From Minisyncoccota bacterium (GTDB taxonomy: Bacteria; Patescibacteriota; Minisyncoccia; Minisyncoccales; GCA-002788555): DNA of 64,000 nt. Shown one piece after another: positions 9,401-18,959 of the stretch. A program made the translations under genes and the position numbers. Position 1 is the stretch's first letter, and each line of letters begins with the position of its first letter. The stretch spans positions 13,071 to 77,070 of the forward strand of contig JAQUPA010000001.1 in NCBI GenBank assembly GCA_028716825.1. The letters run 5' to 3'. Under the pieces are notes generated by a model. That model was given only the letters and a program-made list of their open reading frames with translations, did not search any database and was not told the origin of the DNA.

Positions 9401-10594
9401 TTATTTCATTATTCCTGGCACCGATGGCTCTTGGGTAGAAAAATGCATTCCGTCGCAGAAGGTATTAAAGTCTCCCATCCCACATTGTTCCTTACAGAGC
9501 CCCCAAATTGGCCAGCCATGTTTTTCAAAAACCGTAGCTACTTCAGGAGTAACTTTATATGGTCCATTACCACAATCACCAAAATTATAATTTTCATTTA
9601 TATCACAAGCAATCCCAAAGCGATGAGCTGATATCGAAGATGAGTTGCCGGAACTAGCGCCTTGTGCTTCTCTGAAACAACCGAGGGTAACGATAGGGTA
9701 TTTCATCTTGGTAAGTTCTGAGAAAATTGATTTTAAACTACCAACAACCAATTTATGTGCTGTTATTTTTCTTTTTACTTCTGAAGTGCCATTCCAAACC
9801 GTAACCTCAAAAGTTTCTAAATATTTATTTACGGCGTTACCATTTCCTCCGTACGCACCAGAGCTTAACATTTCTTTTAGACTAGCATCTAGAGCAGCTT
9901 TATCAACGCTTTCTCCTGACACACAATCGTCATTTTTTAATAATTTATAAATTGTCATTGCGCCAATATTTGAATCAGCGTGAGTCATCCCACTGTCTAT
10001 GCAGCCGTTCCAAGTCATATTTTGGTGTTGTCCATCTAAAAGGTTTACCACATAAGGAGATTTGTCGTACGGAGTATTTTTTGGTTGTCCGGGGCAAGAA
10101 TTCCCGTTTTTATCTAGCCCATCTCTGTACATGTATCCTCTATTGTAAGCTAAAAATGCATATCCAATAGCATCATCGTTGGGGTTTTCATTCAACTCCA
10201 TTTTATATACTGATTTTGCTTTGTTTTTAAGAAAATTAGCAGCTGCTAAGGTTGCTTCTTCTAACGTGGTGTATACAGTGCCATTGTCGGGGTTTTTAGT
10301 TCCTAATTTTTCACCAGAGACTGGAGATTTTTCAGGACTGCAGCCTCCTTCTCTAAAATGAACCGCTGCTAACATTTGCCAAGGAATTCCTACTTGTTTT
10401 GCAGCTTCTTGATATATTGGTTTATTTTGTTCGATTTTTGCTTTAATATCAGAACTTATTTCTGCACCCGCTATTACTGTTTCAACACAATTTGCGTCTC
10501 CGCAATAATCTTGAGCAGAAGCCTTAATAAAAATTAGGATTGTTAGCATAGTAACAAAAAAAGTTAATAACTTAATTTTTGTTTTTCTCATCAT
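9401..10594 (-). CDS. secreted cell-wall hydrolase with a C-terminal M15 (VanY-like) peptidase domain
   Basis: Signal peptide. The C-terminus has SAHRFGIACDIN and HGWPIWG...DGMHFS, matching peptidase M15 zinc-ligand motifs (SxHxxGxAxD ... WGG...D.MHFE). The N-terminal region with GIPWQMLAAVHFREGG may be a second lytic domain. Confidence 0.6.
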   Translation of the reverse strand: MMRKTKIKLLTFFVTMLTILIFIKASAQDYCGDANCVETVIAGAEISSDIKAKIEQNKPIYQEAAKQVGIPWQMLAAVHFREGGCSPEKSPVSGEKLGTKNPDNGTVYTTLEEATLAAANFLKNKAKSVYKMELNENPNDDAIGYAFLAYNRGYMYRDGLDKNGNSCPGQPKNTPYDKSPYVVNLLDGQHQNMTWNGCIDSGMTHADSNIGAMTIYKLLKNDDCVSGESVDKAALDASLKEMLSSGAYGGNGNAVNKYLETFEVTVWNGTSEVKRKITAHKLVVGSLKSIFSELTKMKYPIVTLGCFREAQGASSGNSSSISAHRFGIACDINENYNFGDCGNGPYKVTPEVATVFEKHGWPIWGLCKEQCGMGDFNTFCDGMHFSTQEPSVPGIMK

Positions 10595-11685
10595 TTATTT
10601 AAAAGCGATCTTAAGAAGGTATGAGGTTCTAAAAGTTGGGTGGGTTTTTGGACGTCATTTCCATACCATTGTGTAGAATTGGTTGTTCCAGCTGTATAAA
10701 GCTCAAAATGGCACATCGCACTTCCTCCAGAGGTGTTTGCTATTATATTTCCAATGTGTTGGCCTGATTGTATTTCTTGCCCCATACTAACTAACGGAGT
10801 GATTTCTGTATAGTGCGCAACATAGTCTCCGTGGTTAATCATCACACTGTCAGTCCCTGCAAAAAAATTTTTTATTATCAAGACGACTTTTCCTTCTTTT
10901 ATGGCATAAACCCTACAAGCTTCGGGGGCAGAGGAGGGGTTTGTAATTATTGATCTTGGACAAGTGCCTCGGGGCACGGTTATATCTAAGCCCGCATGCC
11001 TTCTGCCGCCACTTCTTTGTGCTCCGAACATGCCTCCATCTGGGCAGCTGGCTCCCGAATTTTGAGAACTGCCTGGAGTATAGCAGGGAGGAGAGTTTAT
11101 TCTGTTAATTGCTTCTTGAGATGGATTTTTAACTGGGAATCCGTTTCCGCTTAAGTCAGTAGTTGCCCCGTTTGGAGTAGCACAGACTTCTGGCTTCATC
11201 ATTTCTCCAAAGCCCATTATAAACAGAGGAGCCATAATCATAGTGGCTGCGATTACCAAATAAAGTGTTCTTCTTTCTTTAAGAACAGAGATTACGTTTA
11301 TTGTCCACATTGGCAGGAGACCTCCTATAAAAGGTATTTGTTCTAAGATGAAAGAAACTATTATTTGTTTTAAGTAGGCTTTTGATTTTCCTAAGACGCC
11401 GCTTACCCTTTGTCCCTCGTCTTTTACCTTCTCTGCAGATTTTTTAACACTAGCAGGTCCTTTTGTTGGTGTAGCCCCATGACGTTTTAACCAAGTTCCA
11501 ATAACTATTGCAGCAATAAGATCTATAAAAACGCTTACGAAGGGTATTGATGCGCTTACAATTAGCTCAAAAAGATTCGCAAAAATATCTGCAAGGTCGC
11601 AGATTATTGCGAAAGTTAACATTATAAGAAAAATCGGGCTCAGAGAACTTACTTTATTTTCTTCTTGTTCCATAAAAGAAATCAA
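10591..11685 (-). CDS. membrane-anchored M23 (LytM-type) metallopeptidase
   Basis: Multi-TM N-terminus. M23 motifs RRHAGLDI, INHGDYVAHY and CHFELY (HxxxD, HxH). Confidence 0.7.
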   Translation of the reverse strand: MISFMEQEENKVSSLSPIFLIMLTFAIICDLADIFANLFELIVSASIPFVSVFIDLIAAIVIGTWLKRHGATPTKGPASVKKSAEKVKDEGQRVSGVLGKSKAYLKQIIVSFILEQIPFIGGLLPMWTINVISVLKERRTLYLVIAATMIMAPLFIMGFGEMMKPEVCATPNGATTDLSGNGFPVKNPSQEAINRINSPPCYTPGSSQNSGASCPDGGMFGAQRSGGRRHAGLDITVPRGTCPRSIITNPSSAPEACRVYAIKEGKVVLIIKNFFAGTDSVMINHGDYVAHYTEITPLVSMGQEIQSGQHIGNIIANTSGGSAMCHFELYTAGTTNSTQWYGNDVQKPTQLLEPHTFLRSLLNK

Positions 11686-11688
11686 GCT

Positions 11689-13524
11689 TTATTTATTTTC
11701 TGTTTTCCTTTCAACCCCTTCGATCCCTTCTTCTAACTCCTCTTTGGCTTTTCTTATCGCCAAAATTTGTTCTGGATTTGTAGTGATAATTTGGTCTTCT
11801 CCAAAAGAGGCAACTACTTTTATGGCGGCATGTTTTGCGCCTGCGAAAAAGAGTCCTTCGCCAACTCTTGCCTGCAAAAGTAAATATCTTTCTTCTTTTG
11901 TTAAATTAAAAGTTTGACTTACCGTGTCTATGGTCGCTGGTGATTGTTTTAAGAGCATTTGGAGAGAAGAGTTCGAGATAATTGATTTTCCATATTCAGA
12001 TATCATAAAATCATTAACGTCTTGGGTGATTGTTGAAACACCAAGATAATATTTTCTTGCACGCTTTGCTATTCCAAAAAGGAAAGAAGCAGCTTCTTCG
12101 TGTTTCATCATAACCCAAGCTTCATCCACAATAAGATATCTTTTTTTGAGTTCTGATCTTATGATGTTCCATATATAGTGCAAAATTAAATACATTGCGA
12201 CTGGTCTTAATTCTTCCTCAAGGTCTCTTATTGAAAAGACTACCATTTTACTTCCTTCTAATTCTACGCTTGTGTGCCGGTTTAAAAATCCAGAGTAAGC
12301 GCCTGTAGTGTATTTTTCAAGACGTTTTGCGATAGACTCCCCTCCCTCCATTCCTTCAAGGACTTTTTGCAAGTCAGATAAAAGCGGAGGAGTTTGATTA
12401 TAAAAGTCAGAATCAGCAGTAATATCTCTTGCAGAATAAGTAAGATTTATTGCTTGGTCTATAATTGCATCTTCCTCTGGAGTTAGGCCTCCGAGCATTA
12501 AACGCAAGAGTCCCACAAGGTTTATTATATTTGAACGGAAAGTTCCTTCTTTTGGTTCTCCCTCAACAGCAGGAGGCAGATCAAAAGGATTTATGTGGTG
12601 GCTTGAGCTCAAAGAAATATTAAAATAAGATCCTCCTACTGTTTCTGCAAGGTATTTATATTCGTTTTCAGGGTCAATTACGATAACATCGATATCTTGA
12701 ATTAAAGAGCGGAAGATTTCTAATTTTTGGAAATAGCTTTTTCCGCTACCGCTTTTTGCAAAAGTTACCATATTTGCATTTTCGAGAGAAAATCTGTCAA
12801 AGATAATAAGAGAATTATTATGACGGTTTATCCCATAAAGTATGCCTCTGTCTGAAGTGAGCTCAAACGAAACAAAAGGAAAAACGGTAGATAGAGGCGA
12901 GGTGTTCATTGAGGTATTTGTGTTTAACTGGTCCATTGAAAGGGGCGAGACAGAATAAAAACCCTCTTTTTGGCGGAAAACAGCAGATTTTGTGTAAATA
13001 AGACTTGATTCAAAAATTTGAGTTATACTTTTTTCTATTTTTTCAAGCTGGCTTTTCTTGTCCGCATATATTGAAAAATATACTCCAACTTTAAACATTT
13101 TTTCTTCAGCCCTTGTCAATTTGTCCCTCAGTTCTTCAATGTTTTGTTGAGCAGCTTGTAGCCCTGGGTCTCTAATTAATCCCTTCTCTTCTCTTTCCAT
13201 AATTAGTGCTTCAACTTCTGTAAGTTTTTTCTGTAGTTGTCTTATAATCTTTTCTGTTGATACGGGATAGACAAAAATTGAAATATCAATTATTTCGTCC
13301 AAATTTATGATTGGGGAAAGCCAGCCCGTGGCAACTGTTTGAGGGAATGTTAAAACAAAAAAAGTTTTTGCGATTTTTTCCCCTATTTTTATATAATTTT
13401 GGAAAACCCCAACAGCTGATGGCGCTATAATGTCGTAAATATTGATAAGCCGTTCTTCTTTTTCTACTTGAAGTTCTTTTTTTGTCTCTGGATTTTCTTC
13501 TTCTTGTTTTTTTGTTGGGAACAT
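11689..13524 (-). CDS. virB4: type IV secretion/conjugation ATPase VirB4/TrbE/PrgJ-like
   Basis: 611 aa. Walker A FAKSGSGKSYF, Walker B LIVDEAWVMM. Size and layout are typical of VirB4. Confidence 0.85.
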   Translation of the reverse strand: MFPTKKQEEENPETKKELQVEKEERLINIYDIIAPSAVGVFQNYIKIGEKIAKTFFVLTFPQTVATGWLSPIINLDEIIDISIFVYPVSTEKIIRQLQKKLTEVEALIMEREEKGLIRDPGLQAAQQNIEELRDKLTRAEEKMFKVGVYFSIYADKKSQLEKIEKSITQIFESSLIYTKSAVFRQKEGFYSVSPLSMDQLNTNTSMNTSPLSTVFPFVSFELTSDRGILYGINRHNNSLIIFDRFSLENANMVTFAKSGSGKSYFQKLEIFRSLIQDIDVIVIDPENEYKYLAETVGGSYFNISLSSSHHINPFDLPPAVEGEPKEGTFRSNIINLVGLLRLMLGGLTPEEDAIIDQAINLTYSARDITADSDFYNQTPPLLSDLQKVLEGMEGGESIAKRLEKYTTGAYSGFLNRHTSVELEGSKMVVFSIRDLEEELRPVAMYLILHYIWNIIRSELKKRYLIVDEAWVMMKHEEAASFLFGIAKRARKYYLGVSTITQDVNDFMISEYGKSIISNSSLQMLLKQSPATIDTVSQTFNLTKEERYLLLQARVGEGLFFAGAKHAAIKVVASFGEDQIITTNPEQILAIRKAKEELEEGIEGVERKTENK

Positions 13525-13531
13525 AAAAATA

Positions 13532-14125
13532 TTAGTCTATTTTCGGGAAAATTGGCATTGTTTCTTTGTCGGTTTTGTCGGGATTATAAAAACCCCAAAG
13601 TAGTTCTACAATTTCATCGCTTCCGAGCAAGAGAGCGCTTACGCCTGTCCCACGAAGACCATTTATTACATATTGAGACCTTAAGTTAATTTGACTTTTC
13701 CATCTTTTAAATTCTTTGTCTGACATTTCTTTTACTGGCGGGTAAAAAGGCACAACAATATAGAAATTTTTTGATATTAAATTTGCCATTGAAGAGAGCG
13801 ATCTTATAAATTCACGATATTCATTTGCTTGGATTTTTAAAAGCTCATTTTCTTGTTTTGCTTCAACTTCTTCCAATTGTTTTAAGTAGGGTTTTAAGTT
13901 TAATTTTCTTGATTGAATAAGTATTTGAATTTCAAAATCAAGAGAATTTAGGAAGCTCTGAAATTGATAAATAACAGCTTCTTTTTCTTCGTCAGACATT
14001 AAGTCAAAATTAATGGATGAGGCCATTAAAATATTTCTCCAGCCGCCTTGTTTTAAGATGACGACATCTTCTTTTATTTTTTTTATTGTCACAAAGTCCT
14101 GGGTTGTTGCTTTTGCTCCAATCAT
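13532..14125 (-). CDS. hypothetical T4SS-associated protein
   Basis: 197 aa with no clear motif. Its position between the VirB3-like gene and VirB4 suggests a system component. Confidence 0.4.
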   Translation of the reverse strand: MIGAKATTQDFVTIKKIKEDVVILKQGGWRNILMASSINFDLMSDEEKEAVIYQFQSFLNSLDFEIQILIQSRKLNLKPYLKQLEEVEAKQENELLKIQANEYREFIRSLSSMANLISKNFYIVVPFYPPVKEMSDKEFKRWKSQINLRSQYVINGLRGTGVSALLLGSDEIVELLWGFYNPDKTDKETMPIFPKID

Positions 14126-14136
14126 AATATTTAAAA

Positions 14137-14598
14137 TTATTCTTTATTTTTAATAATATTGTTCTCGGGCCGAAATTCTTCTTCTGTTTCGTTCTTTTTC
14201 GCTTCTAACATCCAAGCCATTTTCTTTAATTTACTTTCTTCTGCCCTTCTTTGGGGTACGGTTTCTTCTTTTTTTTCTATAACTTTTTCAACCTCTTTTA
14301 AGGATACCATTTCTTGGCCTTTTTTAAACCAAATATATTCTTTTGGGTTTAAAAAATAAGAAATACCGTATGAGAATATTGAAACTAAATCTTGCCCTTG
14401 ATATTTAAACAGGGCAAAGGCTGCTCCTCCTCCGATAAGCAGAATACCCAAAAGGAAAGAAATAAAAATATTTTTAAAAATCAAATATAAAACTATAACA
14501 AAAATTAATGGACCAGCCATTAAGAAAAATTGTCTCAGAGAAAGAGGTCCTATAATTTTTGATTCTGATTCTATAAATTGGGGAACGTAATATTGCAT
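14137..14598 (-). CDS. VirB3/PrgI-like small membrane protein (putative)
   Basis: 153 aa with two adjacent TM helices near the N-terminus, located just upstream of VirB4 as in Gram-positive T4SS loci. Confidence 0.45.
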   Translation of the reverse strand: MQYYVPQFIESESKIIGPLSLRQFFLMAGPLIFVIVLYLIFKNIFISFLLGILLIGGGAAFALFKYQGQDLVSIFSYGISYFLNPKEYIWFKKGQEMVSLKEVEKVIEKKEETVPQRRAEESKLKKMAWMLEAKKNETEEEFRPENNIIKNKE

Positions 14599-15183
14599 TT
14601 ATTCTTTTTTGATTTTTTTACCAAGCGTTTCTCCCTCTGTTTTTGCTGATTCTAGTTCTTCCGAAAGTCCTTTTAAAATCTCGTTAATTTCATCTCGATC
14701 AGTTTTTTTCCTTACTTGTATTTTTTTTTCTTTTTTAACCTCCGGTGTATTTTCTATTTGGGAAGTTTTTTCTTCGGTAGATATCTTTAATGACGGGAAT
14801 TCTGTTTTTGCTCTCTCTTCGGCTTTTCCAATGATTGTGTCAATTGTGTCTTCCCCTGGTATTGTGGGTTCCCCTTCTGTTTTTGGATAAAGCATATCAA
14901 GACCCTCTTTGTAGTTTGAGAAAATCTGCGTTTCCATTTCTTTTGCAATATCTCGGCTTAACTCCTCGCTAAAACCAAATTCTTTTTTAATTTCTCCTGC
15001 CACTTTATTTTGCGACAAACTTCCATTTAGAACTTTTTCAAATATTGTATCGAGCTTATCTATGCCTTCGTCGCCTTCGCCCTTAATTTGGAACCGTCTT
15101 GCTATGTCGCAAACTTTCTCAAAATTTTTTCTATCTTTAAGAGCATTTTCTATGTTCTCTGGCAATTGATTTTCATCATCCAT
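14599..15183 (-). CDS. acidic/Lys-rich hypothetical protein
   Basis: 194 aa, highly charged, no TM helix. Confidence 0.4.
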   Translation of the reverse strand: MDDENQLPENIENALKDRKNFEKVCDIARRFQIKGEGDEGIDKLDTIFEKVLNGSLSQNKVAGEIKKEFGFSEELSRDIAKEMETQIFSNYKEGLDMLYPKTEGEPTIPGEDTIDTIIGKAEERAKTEFPSLKISTEEKTSQIENTPEVKKEKKIQVRKKTDRDEINEILKGLSEELESAKTEGETLGKKIKKE

Positions 15184-15228
15184 ATTTTTAATGAGTATTT
15201 TGGTAAAAAATTAAAAGTTTATGGGCTG

Positions 15229-17496
15229 CTATGACGTAAGGTCGATACCAGACTTTCTTATTAGTTGCGCATTTGGTCGTCCTGTTCCTCCTTTTGCTCT
15301 TGGTCCGCCAAGTTTTTCAATTAATTCATTTGCCTGGGAAGGATTTTGAACAATGTTTTGTATATTTGCTTTAACCGTGGTTATATATCCTGTTGGGTCA
15401 GCTGCTCGGTCTGGTGCTCCTTCTGTTAATCGAGCATGAATAGCTTTTCCTTTTTCTGGGCTTGAAAGTATTGTGCTTAAATCTTTTATATCAGAGGACC
15501 TTATTGTGGCTTCTACAACAAGCCTATCTTTTATGCCGCCTGCGCCATTATTTAAACTATCATCCCAGTAACTCTTTTTGGATGCACTAGTTTTTTCGTG
15601 GCGCGTCATTTTGCTAAATAGTAAATCAAGATTTTCTCTTCTGTTTAATCCTCGTGATGGGTTTGTTGAAACAATATGAGGGTTTGCTATCTCGGTTTTT
15701 TCTAGTAACTTTTTATATTTCGGATTTTTCTCTAGCTTTCCTTTTAATTTACCCCAGGCTCCTTGATCAATGTCTATGCCTTGCTTTTGGGCGGCTTCAA
15801 GGATTGCCCAAGCTCTTGCTTCTCTTCTTTTGCCAATTGTTGAATATCCTCCTATTTCTTTTCCGGCAAGTTCTGTTGCTGCTGCCCCAAGTCTCTTTTC
15901 ATCAAGGTTTGCGTACCTTGGCTGCCATTTTTTGTGATGTTTTTCTACTTCTTCAGGGCGATGTCCAGTAAGTGCCCCTGGTTTTATAGGCGTCCATTTA
16001 CTATCCTCGAGCTTGCTCGCCCAATTATATAAACTTGTTCCTGGTTTGCCAAAAACGCCTTTCCCTTTTTCGGCTCCTTTCAAGGCAGTATATCCAATAG
16101 CAGCTCCTGTGCCTACAGCTGTTAATTTGCCAAGTTTTTTGACTCCACCGATAACTTTAGCACCAACCGTGCCGCCACTTTTTACTGCTGCAAAAAGGCC
16201 AATTACCATTACGATAACAGGAAAACCTACCGTGACCAATAAAGCAATAATATTTCCAAGAAGTTCGTCTCCCACGATCGAAGCCATATCTATTGAACTT
16301 GAAACTTCTAACATTTGAGTTGCAAGGTATAAAAAGAAAGAAGCAGCAACTCCGATAAAGGACCACTGGATAACATATTGCCACCATTTTTTAAAATAGT
16401 CCCTTGTTGCAGGAAGAATGTAAGCGGCAAATGCAAGCGGCGCTAAAATTACAAGTAGCCAAATTGCAAGGTTTCTTACTAAAAAGAGAGCTGTCATTGT
16501 CATTAAAGTCCCTATTGCCATTACCATTGCAACAGCTGCTCCTATAAGATAAATTGTTGGTGCTAAGATTCCCGGATTAGGTTGATTACTTGCCCCTGCA
16601 CATTCAGCTAATATTTTATTTGCCTCGTCTTCGCTATATTTTTCACTCAAACTTTCGAGAATTGCCCAACCAGTTTCTTCTGCGTTTGGAGCTTTATCTT
16701 TTATGCATGCTTCGAAATCTGACCACTCACCTCCTAAGTTTCCACGAGGACCAGAAAGTTCTCCGCATGAGCCGTATCTCTCCTCGCATTGAGCTTTTCC
16801 AAGTACTGCCCAAGTTAAATACTGAGAAAACGTTGCTGCTGGCATTACACCACTAAATCCTGCTGAAGCAGTGGAAATAAATAAGCTTATATAATCGTTA
16901 TCTGCGTCTACTAATTTTTCAAAGCCAATGCCCCGGACAAAATAATAAACAATAATATTTCCAGCATCTACAATAAGCCCTACAAAAACAGGCGCAAAGT
17001 TGACAAGTAAAGCCATAATAATTAATACCGGGAGTAATTTTTTAATGCCATAAGCCTCAATTCCTAAAATTGTAGCAATTGCAATAGTAACAAAAGCCAA
17101 AATGAAGATCATGTTTGCCAGGGGCATAGTAACGTCTAGTCCAGCTTTAATGAAAGGATTATCTGCTTTTGTGAGAGAGAATCCCCCGATTTTATTTGTT
17201 GCTGACCATATTAGAGTATCTGTAAGTGCTTTAATAAAAATTCCTGCTAAAGAGGATATAAAGAAAGCCATAAGAGCAATTGGTCCTACGACAAGCAGGA
17301 ATAACAAAAGAAGTATAGATTTTGGGATAAATTGGTCAGCACCGAAAAGAGCAAACGCAAAACGGAAAGGAATTATTAGGCCTATTAAAATTAAAAAGAG
17401 CGAAATAAATACTACTTTTTTGTTTTTAGGATTCTTGCAAAAAGACCAAGAACGATAATAGAGATTTTTTATTTTTTGTTTCAGAGGCTCCTCCAT
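15229..17496 (-). CDS. polytopic membrane protein, VirB6/TrbL-like
   Basis: 755 aa with at least 8 TM helices in two blocks, an extracytoplasmic Cys-containing loop and a long charged C-terminal tail. This architecture resembles VirB6/TrbL. Confidence 0.55.
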   Translation of the reverse strand: MEEPLKQKIKNLYYRSWSFCKNPKNKKVVFISLFLILIGLIIPFRFAFALFGADQFIPKSILLLLFLLVVGPIALMAFFISSLAGIFIKALTDTLIWSATNKIGGFSLTKADNPFIKAGLDVTMPLANMIFILAFVTIAIATILGIEAYGIKKLLPVLIIMALLVNFAPVFVGLIVDAGNIIVYYFVRGIGFEKLVDADNDYISLFISTASAGFSGVMPAATFSQYLTWAVLGKAQCEERYGSCGELSGPRGNLGGEWSDFEACIKDKAPNAEETGWAILESLSEKYSEDEANKILAECAGASNQPNPGILAPTIYLIGAAVAMVMAIGTLMTMTALFLVRNLAIWLLVILAPLAFAAYILPATRDYFKKWWQYVIQWSFIGVAASFFLYLATQMLEVSSSIDMASIVGDELLGNIIALLVTVGFPVIVMVIGLFAAVKSGGTVGAKVIGGVKKLGKLTAVGTGAAIGYTALKGAEKGKGVFGKPGTSLYNWASKLEDSKWTPIKPGALTGHRPEEVEKHHKKWQPRYANLDEKRLGAAATELAGKEIGGYSTIGKRREARAWAILEAAQKQGIDIDQGAWGKLKGKLEKNPKYKKLLEKTEIANPHIVSTNPSRGLNRRENLDLLFSKMTRHEKTSASKKSYWDDSLNNGAGGIKDRLVVEATIRSSDIKDLSTILSSPEKGKAIHARLTEGAPDRAADPTGYITTVKANIQNIVQNPSQANELIEKLGGPRAKGGTGRPNAQLIRKSGIDLTS

Positions 17497-17530
17497 AAAA
17501 AAAGGAAATTATTTTCTTATTTTATTCGTT

Positions 17531-18352
17531 TTATTTCTTTTTTGCAAGGGTTTTGTAAATTTTAGTCCATTCGTCTATCGACAAACTTTGGGCCCTTCTT
17601 GAAAGATCAAGACAATGTTTCACGTGAAACATTTCTTTTTTACTTAAAACTTTCTGGAAATTATTTTTAAGCTGTTTTCGGGGCGAAGAAAACCCTGCTT
17701 TTACAATTTTAAAGAATTGATTAGCATTCATTATTTCATTTTTAGCTTTAATTAGAGGGCTTATTTTCAAAATAGCGCTATCAACTTTTGGTTTTGGCCA
17801 AAAACTATCTTTTTTAACTATTTTTACTATCTTGGGCGTTGCATAAATCTGAACTGCCACAGAAAGAAGAGACATATTTGGCGGTTTTTGACATATTCTT
17901 TTTGCAACCTCTTTTTGGACCATAAATACCATTAAAAAAGGAGGATTTTCCATTTCTAAGAATTTTCTAATTACAGGAGAAGTAATATAATAGGGCAAAT
18001 TTGCTACTACTTTATATTTTGTTCCAAAATTTTCTATTTTAGATTTGAGAATATCCTCCGGTATTATTTTTACGTTTTTAATATTTTTTATATCAAATTC
18101 TTGATTTAAAATTCGAGCCAATTCTTTATCTTTTTCAAAGGCGATTACTTTTTTTACCCTTTTTGCCAATTCTTTTGTAAGGGTTCCAAGTCCTGACCCT
18201 ACTTCAAGAATAAAATCTTCTTTTTTAAGATCTGCAGTCTCTATAACTTGATTTAATATTCCTTTTTCAATTAAAAAATTCTGTCCAAAATATTTTTTCG
18301 GCTTTAAATTATTTTTTTCAAGAGTTTCTTTAATCTTTTTTTTTAAACTCAT
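17531..18352 (-). CDS. rsmA: 16S rRNA (adenine1518/1519-N6)-dimethyltransferase
   Basis: FGQNFL motif and the SAM-binding segment LEVGSGLGTLT. Confidence 0.9.
   Translation of the reverse strand: MSLKKKIKETLEKNNLKPKKYFGQNFLIEKGILNQVIETADLKKEDFILEVGSGLGTLTKELAKRVKKVIAFEKDKELARILNQEFDIKNIKNVKIIPEDILKSKIENFGTKYKVVANLPYYITSPVIRKFLEMENPPFLMVFMVQKEVAKRICQKPPNMSLLSVAVQIYATPKIVKIVKKDSFWPKPKVDSAILKISPLIKAKNEIMNANQFFKIVKAGFSSPRKQLKNNFQKVLSKKEMFHVKHCLDLSRRAQSLSIDEWTKIYKTLAKKK
17614..17633. repeat. 20-bp perfect palindrome AATGTTTCACGTGAAACATT (inside rsmA)
   Basis: Read directly from the sequence. Encodes MFHVKH in rsmA. Confidence 0.9.
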
Positions 18353-18392
18353 TACTTGTTGTGCTATTTGTTATTAGTTTTATGCCATTAGT

Positions 18393-18956
18393 TTATTTGG
18401 CGCGCTCAACGTATTCCCCCTTTTGGGTATTTACAACCACAATGTCCCCTTTTTTTATGAAAAACGGCGTTTTTATCTCAGCGCCAGTTTCGAGAATTAC
18501 TGGTTTTGTACCTCCCTGGGCTGTATCTCCCTTAAAAGAAGATGGAGCTTCTTTGACTTCCAGGTTTATTTTTATTGGTAGTGTTATATCAAGGACCTCA
18601 TTATTAAATTCAATTGTTTCAACCATTATATTTGGCTTTAAAAATCTTTTTTTATCCCCTATTTTCTCTTCCGGAAGAAAAAATCGCTTTGAAGGATTTT
18701 TAGGATTAGAGAAGAAATATTGTCCTCTATGGTTATAAATATATTTAAATGTTTCACGTGAAACATCCGCTTCTTCAAAGTTATCCCCGGGCTTAAAATT
18801 TCTTTTAAGAAAGGCTCCTGTTTTTAAATTTTTAATTTTTGTTTGTAAGATCGCTCCACCCCTTCCAAGGTGTAAGTGTTTTGCCTCAATTACTTCAAAC
18901 GGTTGCTTTCCTAAAATAAAAATTACACCAGGTTTTAGTTCTCCTATATTCAGCAT
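18393..18956 (-). CDS. efp: elongation factor P
   Basis: 187 aa with three OB-like domains, including LHLGRGGAILQTKIKNLKTG. Confidence 0.85.
   Translation of the reverse strand: MLNIGELKPGVIFILGKQPFEVIEAKHLHLGRGGAILQTKIKNLKTGAFLKRNFKPGDNFEEADVSRETFKYIYNHRGQYFFSNPKNPSKRFFLPEEKIGDKKRFLKPNIMVETIEFNNEVLDITLPIKINLEVKEAPSSFKGDTAQGGTKPVILETGAEIKTPFFIKKGDIVVVNTQKGEYVERAK
18749..18766. repeat. 18-bp perfect palindrome ATGTTTCACGTGAAACAT (inside efp)
   Basis: Read directly from the sequence. It falls in a different reading frame from the rsmA copy. Confidence 0.9.
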
Positions 18957-18959
18957 AAG

